A model generated the notes under the pieces. That model was not told where the DNA came from and did no database searches. It worked only from the letters and a program-made list of their open reading frames with translations. The translations under genes were made by a program, and so were the position numbers. A stretch of 54,732 bases of DNA from Oscillospiraceae bacterium (GTDB taxonomy: Bacteria; Bacillota; Clostridia; Oscillospirales; Acutalibacteraceae), in NCBI GenBank assembly GCA_902784155.1, contig CACZTQ010000016.1:1-54732 (forward strand). The letters run 5' to 3'. This document shows, one piece after another, positions 8,083 through 17,480 of this stretch (positions are counted from its first letter, which is position 1; each line of letters opens with the position of its first letter).

Positions 8083-10905
8083 TCAATACCATCCGTATAC
8101 CCGGTAATATCCGGAACTGTTTTGGTTGCCGTCCATCCGGTAGCCGGTACAGCTGAAATCGGTAATGTCCTCGGTCCGGTCGCCCCGGCGGTTGCTGATG
8201 ACGCATAATACGGTATCTTCGGGCAGGCGGATAACATACTGTGTTTCACCGTATTCGTTCACCGCGCTTTCGGTTTGCCACTGCCCCGGGTATTCGCCGA
8301 GCAGAGGCTTGCCGTTCTCATCCTCGCCGTAAACATACACGCGGTCCCAGTTCTGTAAAGGCGTCAGAAGAAATGAGATGCTGTGCGCGCTGAAATACGC
8401 GTCAGCCGCCCGGTAATACAACGCGAGGGCTCTTGTAACGTCGGCGAGCTCATCGCTGACGGCGGGGTCGTTCGCCTCATATTTTTTCAGGGCCGCGTAA
8501 ACATAGCTCATCGGCGAATAGTTCCAGGAATTTAAGGTTTCGCCGTAGATGTCCCATACCTCCAGTTTCTGCATTGCGCCGAGCTTCGCGGAAGGAATAT
8601 TCGGAATTTCAACAAAGTATATGCCGTCGCTTTTCTCTATCGGGAAGGGATAGATTTTATTGTTTCCTGTGAGGCGGAAGCTGAAATCGTTAATCGTCTT
8701 GCCATCCGGCAGGCTGAAATAGTGTCTTACAGCCGTTTCTGTGCGCAGAACCAGGCTGGAGCCCAGATAGATTACGCCGTCTGCCGTGTTGCTGATCTGC
8801 GCCCTGTATCCCTCAAGCGATTCCGCTGTCACATCCGCCAAACCGCTGTCGTCAAACAGCTCGTGCTGCGTGAAACCTGGATTTGTCGCGAACAGTTCAT
8901 TGGCGTAATAACCGTAGGTCGCAACCGCTCCCGCAAGCTCCATCAGCAACGGGTCCGTGTTCAGCTCGGGGTCATTCTTCAGCTCGGTTAAATATTCCTG
9001 AACGCTGTAGGTGAAGGTGCATTCTTTTCCGTCTAAATCAATGACGCCGGTAATCGGGGTGTCAATCTGCGCGGCGGCAACCTCGCAGGTGAATTTCCAG
9101 AGCTTTGTTTCACCGACCGTTGTGAATTCTTCCGTGTCGATAAATGCGTGTTCATACTTGCCGTCCACGTTGAAGACCACGCATGCATACGGATCCGGGT
9201 CGGGAATATCGATATAGAAATTAACGCCGATTCTGCCGTCCAGCGTAAGGGAATACGCGCCGACGGGAGAGACTTCGGGCAGAATTTCGGTCGCCGTATC
9301 GGTATAGGTCAGGCCTTCAAATACGGCGGATGCGGAGTAAACTCTTTTGCCGGTCTGCCCTAAAGCGGGCTCTTCCGTCACTTCGCTTGTGACGGTAACT
9401 TCCGGCTTTTCCGCGGCGCCGCAGGTCCCGCAGGTAAGTGTCAGCTCAGGCACGAAATCACCGGTCCACGACCAGGAGTCGCTCCAGAGATGATCGCAGG
9501 GAACCGTGAGCGAAATATCCGAAAACGCGCTCGCGAAGTCTGTGGCGTAATCGCCGTTGAGCTGTTCGTTGAATACCTTGAGCGTGTAATTGCCCGGCGC
9601 GATATCCTGCGGGATTTTGATATCAACGAGACCGTCAGCCGCTGTCGGATGCGCAATCTGTCCGTAATAAAGCGTCTGACCGTCCCCGTTTACCAGGATG
9701 GCGGAAATCCGGTCGTTTTCGCCGTATTTCGCTCTTACATAATTCAGAGTTACCGTTTCGTCGCGCCCGGCGGTCACGGATGTTTCTCTGACTGTGAATC
9801 GGTAGCTGTTGTTACGGACGGTAAGTTTCCATTCTTTTCCGGAATACTCCGGGATGCTTGTGAGAGAACCTTCCGAGGTCTTGCCGCCCGTTGCGGGGGA
9901 AGCGAACAGCACCCGGGAAAGGTCTGTATAGAGCGCGGGACGGATGCCTCTGTAGTCGCTTTGGAGATAGAAATTGGTGTCAGATGACGCAAAAACCCGT
10001 CCGTCATTGTGGACCCAGCGCGACGTGACGCTGTCGGTGTCCCGCAGCCACCACGTATGCCCGACCCATTCGTTATACGCAAACGCCGTGCATTCAGCGG
10101 CGCGCGTGCCGGACGCGTTTGTCGTCTCCGGGAAACCGAACGCCGGGTTCATGACTTCTCCGCTTGAAAGGATAAACACCTTGTCGGTATATGTTTCTCC
10201 CTGGGAGGCGCTGCCGGAAGTCCCGATTGTATCGGGGGCGACGGCTGACACTGTCATCTGCTCCGTCGCGTTGAACGCATTGGTGAAAAAGCTGTCATCC
10301 GTTCCGCCCGAGACCGATATATCGCTGCCGTTGAGCCACGTGCGAAGGGTGCAAATTGTCCAAGGCACGTTAACGGCGGAGCTGATATGATACTGTTTGA
10401 CCGCCAGGATTTTGTCTGAGAGCAGAAGCATCCTGCCGTTCTTATGATCGAGTATGCGCCATTTTATCGGCTCGGTATAATCGGCGCTTGTCTGATTGTA
10501 ATTGCCGAAATACACGCGGTTTTCGTGAGTGTCCACCATGCCGTCCACGGCGCCGTCAACTATCAACCGCACGGCGGTATTGTGACCCCGCGAAAGATTG
10601 TAAAACGCTTCCTCGGCGTCCACGAGACCGTTGTAATTGGTGATACGCCGCTTTTCCATGCTGTTAAGCGTCTCATAGGCATCTCTCGCGGATTTTATCA
10701 GGGAATAGCATTCTGCGGTGAATTCCACGGTGCCGATATTGTCGATGGCGTCTATGACCGCCTCGACAGCTTTAAAGTTGATCGTTTCAACTTCATTATC
10801 TGCCCGCGCCGCAGGTCCGATATTAAGCCCGGCAAACGCGGAAAACAGGAACAGCAGCGAAAGCAAAAAGCTGAGAGCTTTCTCAGAGAATCTGTTCTTT
10901 TTCAT
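8083..10905 (-). CDS. Large secreted multidomain protein: helical repeat, DUF6273-like domain, Ig-like segments, C-terminal CBM26/starch-binding-like module
   Basis: Signal peptide MKKNRF...ARA; VIDAIDNIG...ARDAYETL helical repeat; PIKWRIL...LLLSDKIL, LRTWLN, DKVFILS, WWLR, GIRPAL (DUF6273 pattern); C-terminal WDRVYVY...YPG module. Confidence 0.7.
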   Translation of the reverse strand: MKKNRFSEKALSFLLSLLFLFSAFAGLNIGPAARADNEVETINFKAVEAVIDAIDNIGTVEFTAECYSLIKSARDAYETLNSMEKRRITNYNGLVDAEEAFYNLSRGHNTAVRLIVDGAVDGMVDTHENRVYFGNYNQTSADYTEPIKWRILDHKNGRMLLLSDKILAVKQYHISSAVNVPWTICTLRTWLNGSDISVSGGTDDSFFTNAFNATEQMTVSAVAPDTIGTSGSASQGETYTDKVFILSSGEVMNPAFGFPETTNASGTRAAECTAFAYNEWVGHTWWLRDTDSVTSRWVHNDGRVFASSDTNFYLQSDYRGIRPALYTDLSRVLFASPATGGKTSEGSLTSIPEYSGKEWKLTVRNNSYRFTVRETSVTAGRDETVTLNYVRAKYGENDRISAILVNGDGQTLYYGQIAHPTAADGLVDIKIPQDIAPGNYTLKVFNEQLNGDYATDFASAFSDISLTVPCDHLWSDSWSWTGDFVPELTLTCGTCGAAEKPEVTVTSEVTEEPALGQTGKRVYSASAVFEGLTYTDTATEILPEVSPVGAYSLTLDGRIGVNFYIDIPDPDPYACVVFNVDGKYEHAFIDTEEFTTVGETKLWKFTCEVAAAQIDTPITGVIDLDGKECTFTYSVQEYLTELKNDPELNTDPLLMELAGAVATYGYYANELFATNPGFTQHELFDDSGLADVTAESLEGYRAQISNTADGVIYLGSSLVLRTETAVRHYFSLPDGKTINDFSFRLTGNNKIYPFPIEKSDGIYFVEIPNIPSAKLGAMQKLEVWDIYGETLNSWNYSPMSYVYAALKKYEANDPAVSDELADVTRALALYYRAADAYFSAHSISFLLTPLQNWDRVYVYGEDENGKPLLGEYPGQWQTESAVNEYGETQYVIRLPEDTVLCVISNRRGDRTEDITDFSCTGYRMDGNQNSSGYYRVYGWY

Positions 10906-10936
10906 AACCCGGTATCCCTCCTGTCTCATTGGTTTA

Positions 10937-10964
10937 ATAATATCATATTTTTTTATAAATGCAA
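10937..10964 (-). promoter_or_regulatory. sigma-A promoter for the large secreted protein
   Basis: TTGCAT-16 nt-TATTAT with extended TG. Confidence 0.5.
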
Positions 10965-11019
10965 CAATAATCTTGCCCGGACATCGGCCGCAGAAGCCCG
11001 AAAGACACCTTAAACAGAT

Positions 11020-11057
11020 AAAAAAGTTCGCGGGCTAAGATAAAACCCGCGGACTTT
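11020..11057 (-). terminator. Rho-independent terminator
   Basis: Minus strand AAAGTCCGCGGG...CCCGCGAACTTT continuing into a T-run. Confidence 0.7.
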
Positions 11058-11112
11058 CCGTTTGTTTTTCACCTGAATACGGCATTACTTTGCCGTCAGG
11101 GATTTTTATAAT

Positions 11113-12171
11113 TTAAAATTTGAATGAGGAGAACAGATTCCTGAAGAATTCTACTATTCTGAAGAAATTAACGTCAAACAGGTCAGTGAAGAATTTAATG
11201 ATCCGGTCAAAAATTGTTCCTGCCGCACCGAAGTCATAAACAGAAGCCCAGAAATTATTATAATCCGGAGCTGTTTTTCGGGTGTTGACAGTGATTTCGG
11301 GAACATAGGCGCCGCCGCCCGCGGTCTCTGAGAGTTTGGCAAAGGCCGTGGTGAATTTAGCGTCATAATCTCTGTATTTGTCTTTATACTCTTCCCCCAG
11401 AGAGGCAAGATCGTTTTCCAGTTTATCCGCCTCTTCTCCGGTTGCGGTTTCAAGTTTTTTGTCAATAACGGCTTTTTTCTCATAATAGGGCATGAGAGCT
11501 TCCGTCGCTTTTTTCAGCTCATCGGTTTCTTTCTTTACATCGGGAATCGCCACGCAAATGCAAAAATATGATTTGCCGGCTTTGAAGCTTTCGCCGGGTT
11601 CCATACATCTTGCGGATGTTGTGTATTCTTTGCCGTCTTTTCCTTTGATCGACTGGCCGTAAACTTTTGAGGCGTACATAAGGTAAGATAAACAGGGAGC
11701 AGCTCCGTAATCTGCCGAAAGTCTTGAATAATCTTCTTTGGAAATAGTGCCGGAGTCAATAAGAGCCTGGATGTCGGCTTCTTCGTATTCGACCCACGCG
11801 ATTCCGTTTTTGACCACCTGAGTATAAAGTGCAAGAAGTGCCATTGCGGCTTTTTTCTCTTTTGCGCCTTCGAGATACTCGGCACGTTTGGCCATATATT
11901 CGTCAACGGTGGGAACTTTTCCGTATTCTTTATATAAGTTTTCCGGATGGCCATCAAGAAGATAAATCAGTTCCGAATCACCCGGAACGAATCTTTTATC
12001 CTCAATCGGAAGAATCTCAGGGGCTTTTTTGCCGGCTGTGGGAGCGTCCAGTCTGATGTCCAGCGTAACGCGGGTATTCTCATCTTCCGCGTTTGCAACA
12101 ACAAACGCAAATGTCGAGAAGAGCATCAGCGCCGAAAGCAGCAGAGCGAGAGATTTTTTGAGCGTTTTCAT
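11113..12171 (-). CDS. Secreted hypothetical protein with coiled-coil insert and duplicated C-terminal amphipathic helix
   Basis: Signal peptide MKTLKKSLALLLSALMLFSTFAFVVANA; AGGAGG RBS; C-terminus IFDRIIKFFTDLF-DVN-FFRIVEFFRNLF-SSFKF. Confidence 0.8.
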   Translation of the reverse strand: MKTLKKSLALLLSALMLFSTFAFVVANAEDENTRVTLDIRLDAPTAGKKAPEILPIEDKRFVPGDSELIYLLDGHPENLYKEYGKVPTVDEYMAKRAEYLEGAKEKKAAMALLALYTQVVKNGIAWVEYEEADIQALIDSGTISKEDYSRLSADYGAAPCLSYLMYASKVYGQSIKGKDGKEYTTSARCMEPGESFKAGKSYFCICVAIPDVKKETDELKKATEALMPYYEKKAVIDKKLETATGEEADKLENDLASLGEEYKDKYRDYDAKFTTAFAKLSETAGGGAYVPEITVNTRKTAPDYNNFWASVYDFGAAGTIFDRIIKFFTDLFDVNFFRIVEFFRNLFSSFKF

Positions 12172-12236
12172 TTTTTACCCTCCTGAATGATAATATGACC
12201 GCGAACCTGCGGTTGATTCATTATTGCACAAAAAGA

Positions 12237-12267
12237 ATAAAAGCGCAATATCCGATTGCGCTTTTAT
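12237..12267 (-). terminator. Terminator after rpoD (bidirectional type)
   Basis: Perfect inverted repeat ATAAAAGCGCAAT/ATTGCGCTTTTAT. Confidence 0.8.
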
Positions 12268-12304
12268 GGAAATATAAATTGGCCGCTTCGCAGACGGATG
12301 CTTT

Positions 12305-13405
12305 TTATTCAAGATAATCCTTCAGCTTCTTGCTGCGGCTGGGATGTCTCAGCTTGCGCAGGGCCTTTGCCTCAATCTGACGGATTCTTTCACGCGTGAC
12401 GTTGAATTCCGCGCCGACCTCCTCGAGGGTGTGCGGGTGGCCTCCTTCAAGGCCGAAACGCAGGCGAAGCACCTGGGCCTCTCTTGTGGTGAGGGTTTTG
12501 AGCACCTCGTCAAGCTGCTCCTTGAGAAGAGTCATTGATGCGGCGTCCGCCGGGGCGGGAGCGTCGTCATCGGGGATGAAATCGCCGAGGTGGCTGTCCT
12601 CCTCCTCGCCTATGGGGGTCTCGAGCGAGACGGGTTCCTGGGCAACTCTCATTATATCCCTGACCTTGTCAACGGACATATTGAGCTCCTTGGCAATCTC
12701 CTCAGCGGTGGGGTCTCTGCCGTTTTTGTGAAGCAGCTGGCTGCTCGTCTTTTTGACCTTGTTGATTGTTTCAACCATGTGAACGGGTATGCGGATTGTT
12801 CTCGCCTGGTCCGCGATTGCCCTGGTGATTGCCTGCCTTATCCACCAGGTGGCGTAGGTCGAAAACTTGAAGCCCTTGGTGTAGTCGAATTTATCGACCG
12901 CCTTGATAAGACCGAGGTTGCCCTCCTGGATGAGATCGAGGAACTGCATGCCTCTGCCCACATATCTCTTTGCTATGGAGACAACAAGCCTGAGGTTCGC
13001 CTCCGCGAGGCGCTTTTTGGCGTTCTTGTCATCCGAAGCGATTCTGATAGCGAGCTCGATTTCCTCCTCGGGCGTGAGAAGAGGAACGGTGCCTATCTCT
13101 TTGAGATACACCTTTACCGGGTCGTCAATGTTGACTATCTTGTCATCCACGGCGCCCATTTCGGCCGTCTTGGGGGTGTCGATGTCAAAATCGTCGAAAT
13201 CGTCGCCGGGCATATCGTCAACTATAGCGATGTTTTCGGCCTCAAGCGTTTCATAGAGCTTGTCGAGCACCTCAACCTCGATATTCATATCGAGAAGGAC
13301 CTCGTCAATCTGCTGAGTTGTCAGCTTGCCGGCCGCCTTGCCCTTATCAACGAGCTTTTTAAGGGAATTGGCAATCTTGTCGTTGACTTTCTCGTTTGTC
13401 TCCAT
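12305..13405 (-). CDS. rpoD: RNA polymerase primary sigma factor SigA/RpoD
   Basis: [74 protein letters not shown]. Confidence 0.98.
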   Translation of the reverse strand: METNEKVNDKIANSLKKLVDKGKAAGKLTTQQIDEVLLDMNIEVEVLDKLYETLEAENIAIVDDMPGDDFDDFDIDTPKTAEMGAVDDKIVNIDDPVKVYLKEIGTVPLLTPEEEIELAIRIASDDKNAKKRLAEANLRLVVSIAKRYVGRGMQFLDLIQEGNLGLIKAVDKFDYTKGFKFSTYATWWIRQAITRAIADQARTIRIPVHMVETINKVKKTSSQLLHKNGRDPTAEEIAKELNMSVDKVRDIMRVAQEPVSLETPIGEEEDSHLGDFIPDDDAPAPADAASMTLLKEQLDEVLKTLTTREAQVLRLRFGLEGGHPHTLEEVGAEFNVTRERIRQIEAKALRKLRHPSRSKKLKDYLE

Positions 13406-13421
13406 ATTATATTCTCCTCCG

Positions 13422-15182
13422 TTATTCTGTCGGTTTTTTCTTTCTTAATTTTTCGAAAGCCCTGAGATACTCCTCGTCGCTCATGCTTCTCACATCCACG
13501 ACGCCGCCGTCCTTCAGGCCCTTGAGTATTTTTATACAGTCTCTGCATTCGTTGAGAGTGTTTGCGAGAGTGTCGCCCTTGCGCGCGATTTTTCCGACCG
13601 TATCCATCTCGGCGGGGGTGAATTCCTGGGCGAACATCGATAAATCGGTTGAGAATCCGCCCTCAATCAGCTCAATCAGAAGGGTTATAATCCTTTTGTT
13701 GAACTGCGTCACATAATCGTCGGGCGAGAATTCATCCTTGAGCTTGCGGTAAAAATCGGGGTTTCTCATAAACGAGGCGATGAGCGTTTCTTCGGCGTTT
13801 GCCGCCTTGAGATTCGCCTTGCGCTCGGGGTTGTTTCTGCCTTCAAAGACATCGGTCGCCGCTTTGTTGACCGCCTTCTTTTTCTCGGCGAAATACTGCT
13901 TCCTGAGCCTTGACTGCGCGTATTTTATCTGCTCGGAAAGCGACTCCTTGCTGACCCCGAATTCCTTCGCGAGCCGCGAGGCGTATATGTCTCTGTCTAT
14001 CGGCTGGCAGCCGGCGAGCACATCCGCGGCCGCCGTGAGATATTTCACCTTTCCGTCGTCGGTGGTGACGTTGTGCTCGGAGAGGAGCGAATTCAGTTTG
14101 TACTCAATCTCATTCCCGGATTTGCCGAGAAGGGAGAGAAACCTCTCCTTGCCGTATTTTCTTATAATCTCGTCGGCGTCCTTGCCGCCTTCCATGGTAA
14201 CCACTTTGATACGAAGCCCGGTCTTGTCGAGCACGGACAGGGCTCTCGCCGTCGCCTTTTTGCCCGCGCCGTCGTTGTCGTAGCAGATATAGATTTCATC
14301 CGCGTAGCGCGAGAGAAGGTTTGCCTGCTCCGTTGTGAAGGCGGTGCCCAGACACGCCACGGCGTTTGTTATGCCCGCCTGGTGAAGGGCGATGACGTCC
14401 ATATAGCCCTCAACGAGCACCAGCTTTTTTTCGGAGCTGTTTTTTGCGAAATTCAGGGCGAAAACGCCGTTGCCTTTTTTATAGACGGGAGTGTCTGAGG
14501 TGTTGAGATATTTGGGCTTTGAGTCGTCCGTAACTCTCGCCCCGAAGGCCACGACATTCCCTCTCAGGTCGATTATCGGGTAAATAACCCTGTTTCTGAA
14601 AGCGTCATAGACGCTGTTGTTTCTGCCCCGTTTTGCAAGGTCGGCGAGCACCAGCTCGTGCTCGCTGTAGCCGAGGGATTTGAGGTGGTCCGTCAGAAGA
14701 TTCCAGCCGGGCGGAGCGTATCCGAGCCCGAAATGCGTGATTGTCTGCTTTGTCAGCCCTCTCTCCCTGAAGTAGTCGAGAGCCTCGCTGTTCTGGGGGG
14801 CGAAAAGCTGCGCATTATAAAACTTCGCCGCCTCTCTGTTGGCCGAGAGTATTCTCATCCTCAGCTTTGAGAGCGAATCGTCAAATCCCTCCTCGGGAAG
14901 AGGCATCCCCGCCCTTGCGGCGAGCTGCTTTACCGCCTCCACATAGTCGAGGTTTTCCATACGCATGGTGAAGCTGATTATATCTCCCGATGCCTGGCAT
15001 CCGAAACAGTAAAAAGATTTCGTTTCGGGGTACACCGTGAATGACGGTGTTTTTTCATTATGAAACGGACACAGGCCTTTTAAACTGCGGCCGGTCCTTT
15101 TAAGCGAAACATAGGAGGAAACAACGTCCTCAATATCAAGTCTGTCGTGCAGCGCCTGCACATAATCTCTGCTTATCTTCAC
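13422..15182 (-). CDS. dnaG: DNA primase
   Basis: [11 protein letters not shown]...CFGC zinc finger, [26 protein letters not shown]; start probably GTG 15182 (AGGATGA + 5 nt), alternatively ATG 15191. Confidence 0.97.
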   Translation of the reverse strand: MKISRDYVQALHDRLDIEDVVSSYVSLKRTGRSLKGLCPFHNEKTPSFTVYPETKSFYCFGCQASGDIISFTMRMENLDYVEAVKQLAARAGMPLPEEGFDDSLSKLRMRILSANREAAKFYNAQLFAPQNSEALDYFRERGLTKQTITHFGLGYAPPGWNLLTDHLKSLGYSEHELVLADLAKRGRNNSVYDAFRNRVIYPIIDLRGNVVAFGARVTDDSKPKYLNTSDTPVYKKGNGVFALNFAKNSSEKKLVLVEGYMDVIALHQAGITNAVACLGTAFTTEQANLLSRYADEIYICYDNDGAGKKATARALSVLDKTGLRIKVVTMEGGKDADEIIRKYGKERFLSLLGKSGNEIEYKLNSLLSEHNVTTDDGKVKYLTAAADVLAGCQPIDRDIYASRLAKEFGVSKESLSEQIKYAQSRLRKQYFAEKKKAVNKAATDVFEGRNNPERKANLKAANAEETLIASFMRNPDFYRKLKDEFSPDDYVTQFNKRIITLLIELIEGGFSTDLSMFAQEFTPAEMDTVGKIARKGDTLANTLNECRDCIKILKGLKDGGVVDVRSMSDEEYLRAFEKLRKKKPTE

Positions 15183-15214
15183 TGCTGTCATCCTTTCACT
15201 CTGCCAAAACTCTT

Positions 15215-16270
15215 TTAATCGTCGTCATCATCATCTCCGCGCTTTTTGATTGCCACTCCGGCGAGGATTCCCGCGGCGGCAATGCAGACTATGCCGGCAA
15301 CAACCACGATTCCGAAAATCAGGGCGGGATCCATCGGCTCTTTGACCTCGGGCCTCGCGGGGGCTGTCGAATACACGGTCTTTTCTATAAAGAACTCCGA
15401 TTCCGAAGTTTCTTCCGTCTTGGGCGCTTCGGTGGTGGTCTCCCTCCAGGTGAAGAAGCGTTTCTTTGTTGTCGAGGTCAGGAACTCCTCATAGCCGTCG
15501 GGCATTTTTGCGGTTGTGAAAACCGGAGCCGCAGGAGGCGCCGAGGTCTCTTCGCTCTTGTAGGTGGTGTAGTCAACCTTGCTGTTGTCTTTATAAGTTG
15601 AGCTCTCTTTTGAGCCTTTTGTCGTCCCGCTCTTTTTGGTCGTCGTTGTCTCCGCTTCGGTCGTCGCGGCGGTCGTTGTCTGTGAAACCTCGCCCGAGTC
15701 GTCATAAAACTTTCCGTTCGCAATCAGCACAACGGCGCCCGTATCGGCGTTTCTGAGGGTGGGGTAAGCGTTTCCCCTGACCGCTCTGGGCGAATAGACC
15801 GTGTATGAATCCGAGGGGTATTTTACGGTCCTGTTGATAATCGCCTTGCCCTCGTTTCGCACATCCTGCTCAAAGAGGGTGATGCGCCCGCGGGTGTATG
15901 CCTTGACTATCGCCCAGTGTCCTTCTCCGGGCGCATAGACTATATCGCCCTGCGCCGGGGTTACGGGGCGCGTGAAGGCATAGCCGTCCGTATTGAGCGA
16001 GGGGCCCGAAGCTCCCGTCGAAATGCTCATTTTATATGCGTCGCGGTAGAATCTCACAACGAGCTCATCGCTCGGGTATTTATCCTCGGTTAGGCTGTAA
16101 TACGAATTGACTCCGATAAACGAGGTCGCGACGAAGGGCTCGGCGTTTGTGATGTTGACCTGCGAGCCGCCCTTGACATCGTCCGAAAAGCTCGCGTAAG
16201 AGCTCACGGCGAAGGCAAATATCAGAAACACCGAGAATACCGGTATCAGTTTTTTAAGATTTCTTAACAT
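15215..16270 (-). CDS. Cell-surface protein: signal peptide, CHAP-like domain (Cys->Ser), Thr-rich stalk, C-terminal TM anchor
   Basis: Start MLRNLKK at 16270; YPSDELVVRFY, GDIVY, GHWAIV, LFEQD; Thr/Lys/Glu-rich linker; TM followed by KKRGDDDDDD. Confidence 0.65.
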   Translation of the reverse strand: MLRNLKKLIPVFSVFLIFAFAVSSYASFSDDVKGGSQVNITNAEPFVATSFIGVNSYYSLTEDKYPSDELVVRFYRDAYKMSISTGASGPSLNTDGYAFTRPVTPAQGDIVYAPGEGHWAIVKAYTRGRITLFEQDVRNEGKAIINRTVKYPSDSYTVYSPRAVRGNAYPTLRNADTGAVVLIANGKFYDDSGEVSQTTTAATTEAETTTTKKSGTTKGSKESSTYKDNSKVDYTTYKSEETSAPPAAPVFTTAKMPDGYEEFLTSTTKKRFFTWRETTTEAPKTEETSESEFFIEKTVYSTAPARPEVKEPMDPALIFGIVVVAGIVCIAAAGILAGVAIKKRGDDDDDD

Positions 16271-16289
16271 AAAAGCACCTTGTCTGTAA

Positions 16290-17288
16290 TCAGGAATTCC
16301 ATCCTTTGGGTATAAACATATTTTCAAAAGTCCTCACCGCGTATCTGTCCGTCATACCGGCGACAAAATCGCAGGCGGCGGTCTCCGGCGAGTAAATCCT
16401 CGCGAGCTTCACATATAAATCGGGCATCAGCTCGGGGTATTTCGCAAACCGCTCATAGAGCATGGTTATCATCTCCGCGGCCTTGCCCTCCTCGCTCTTG
16501 CAGGCGGGGTTGGTGTAAACCGCCTCAAACATAAAGTTGTGAAGCAGGTCGAAAACGGTCTGTATTCCGGGCGAGAGACGGATGTCATCGCCGCTGTTTG
16601 CTATGCAGTCCGCAACGAGGGTGTTTATCCTCTGCGATTTTTTGTAGCCGAGCACATCGCGGATTTCGACGGGTATGTCTTCCTCGGCGAGGATGCCCGC
16701 CGCCTTCGCGTCGTCAATATCGTGATTTATATAAGCGATTCTGTCCGACAGGCGCACGACTCTGCCCTCGAGGGTATCGGCCTGCTCGCCCGTTGTGTGG
16801 CGGACTATACCGTTGCGCACCTCGTATGTCAGATTCAGCCCCTCGCCGTTTTTTTCGAGGGAATCGACGACTCTGAGGCTCTGCTCATAATGTCTGAATC
16901 CGCCGGGCGCCGCGGCGTCGAGAGCCCTCTCGCCCGCGTGGCCGAAGGGGGTGTGGCCGAGGTCGTGGCCGAGAGCTATGGCGCAGGTCAGGTCTCTGTT
17001 GAGCCCGAGAGAATCCGCTATGGTGTCGGAAATCTGGGCAACCTCAAGCGTGTGGGTAAGCCTTGTCCTGTAGTAATCGCCCTCGGGGGAGAGAAAAACC
17101 TGAGTCTTGTGTTTGAGGCGTCTGAATGAGCTGGAGTGTATAATCCTGTCTCTGTCTCTCTGAAACTCCGTCCTGAGAGTACACTCCTCTTCGGGGCGGA
17201 TCCTGCCGCGGCTCGCGCTCGCGGGGCAGGCATAGGGGGAGAGAGTCTTTTTCTCCCGCTCATATTTTTCTTCACGGATACTGCTCAC
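16290..17288 (-). CDS. dgt: Deoxyguanosinetriphosphate triphosphohydrolase (HD family)
   Basis: FQRDRDRIIHS.SFRRL..KTQVF, RTRLTHTLEV, HDLGHTPFGHAGE, DRIAYINHDIDD, DFVAGMTDRYA; GTG start with GGAGG. Confidence 0.93.
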   Translation of the reverse strand: MSSIREEKYEREKKTLSPYACPASASRGRIRPEEECTLRTEFQRDRDRIIHSSSFRRLKHKTQVFLSPEGDYYRTRLTHTLEVAQISDTIADSLGLNRDLTCAIALGHDLGHTPFGHAGERALDAAAPGGFRHYEQSLRVVDSLEKNGEGLNLTYEVRNGIVRHTTGEQADTLEGRVVRLSDRIAYINHDIDDAKAAGILAEEDIPVEIRDVLGYKKSQRINTLVADCIANSGDDIRLSPGIQTVFDLLHNFMFEAVYTNPACKSEEGKAAEMITMLYERFAKYPELMPDLYVKLARIYSPETAACDFVAGMTDRYAVRTFENMFIPKGWNS

Positions 17289-17402
17289 CGTAACACCTCC
17301 CGCCGTTTTTCTCCTGTGAAGACATATACGCGGGAAAAAGCAAAAACTCCTTTAAATCAAATGTAAACAATTTGTTAACATTCCCCGTTGACGGCGAAAT
17401 TG

Positions 17403-17432
17403 TTGACAATGAATATATCACGGTGTTATTAT
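17403..17432 (+). promoter_or_regulatory. sigma-A promoter for the topB operon
   Basis: TTGACA-18 nt-TATTAT with extended TG. Confidence 0.55.
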
Positions 17433-17480
17433 TACTATGTATAACTATGTTTAACTATAACCCGATACGAGGATTTTCAG

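Noticed and set aside
9930-10070. Diversity-generating retroelement variable region in the DUF6273-like domain
   Set aside because: No reverse transcriptase and no second near-identical template repeat seen in the window
12590-13465. Long antisense ORFs (also 588-1280, 22805-23776, 25382-26464, 43080-43847, 44779-45585)
   Set aside because: Shadows of real genes caused by GC-rich codon bias; no RBS or recognisable motifs
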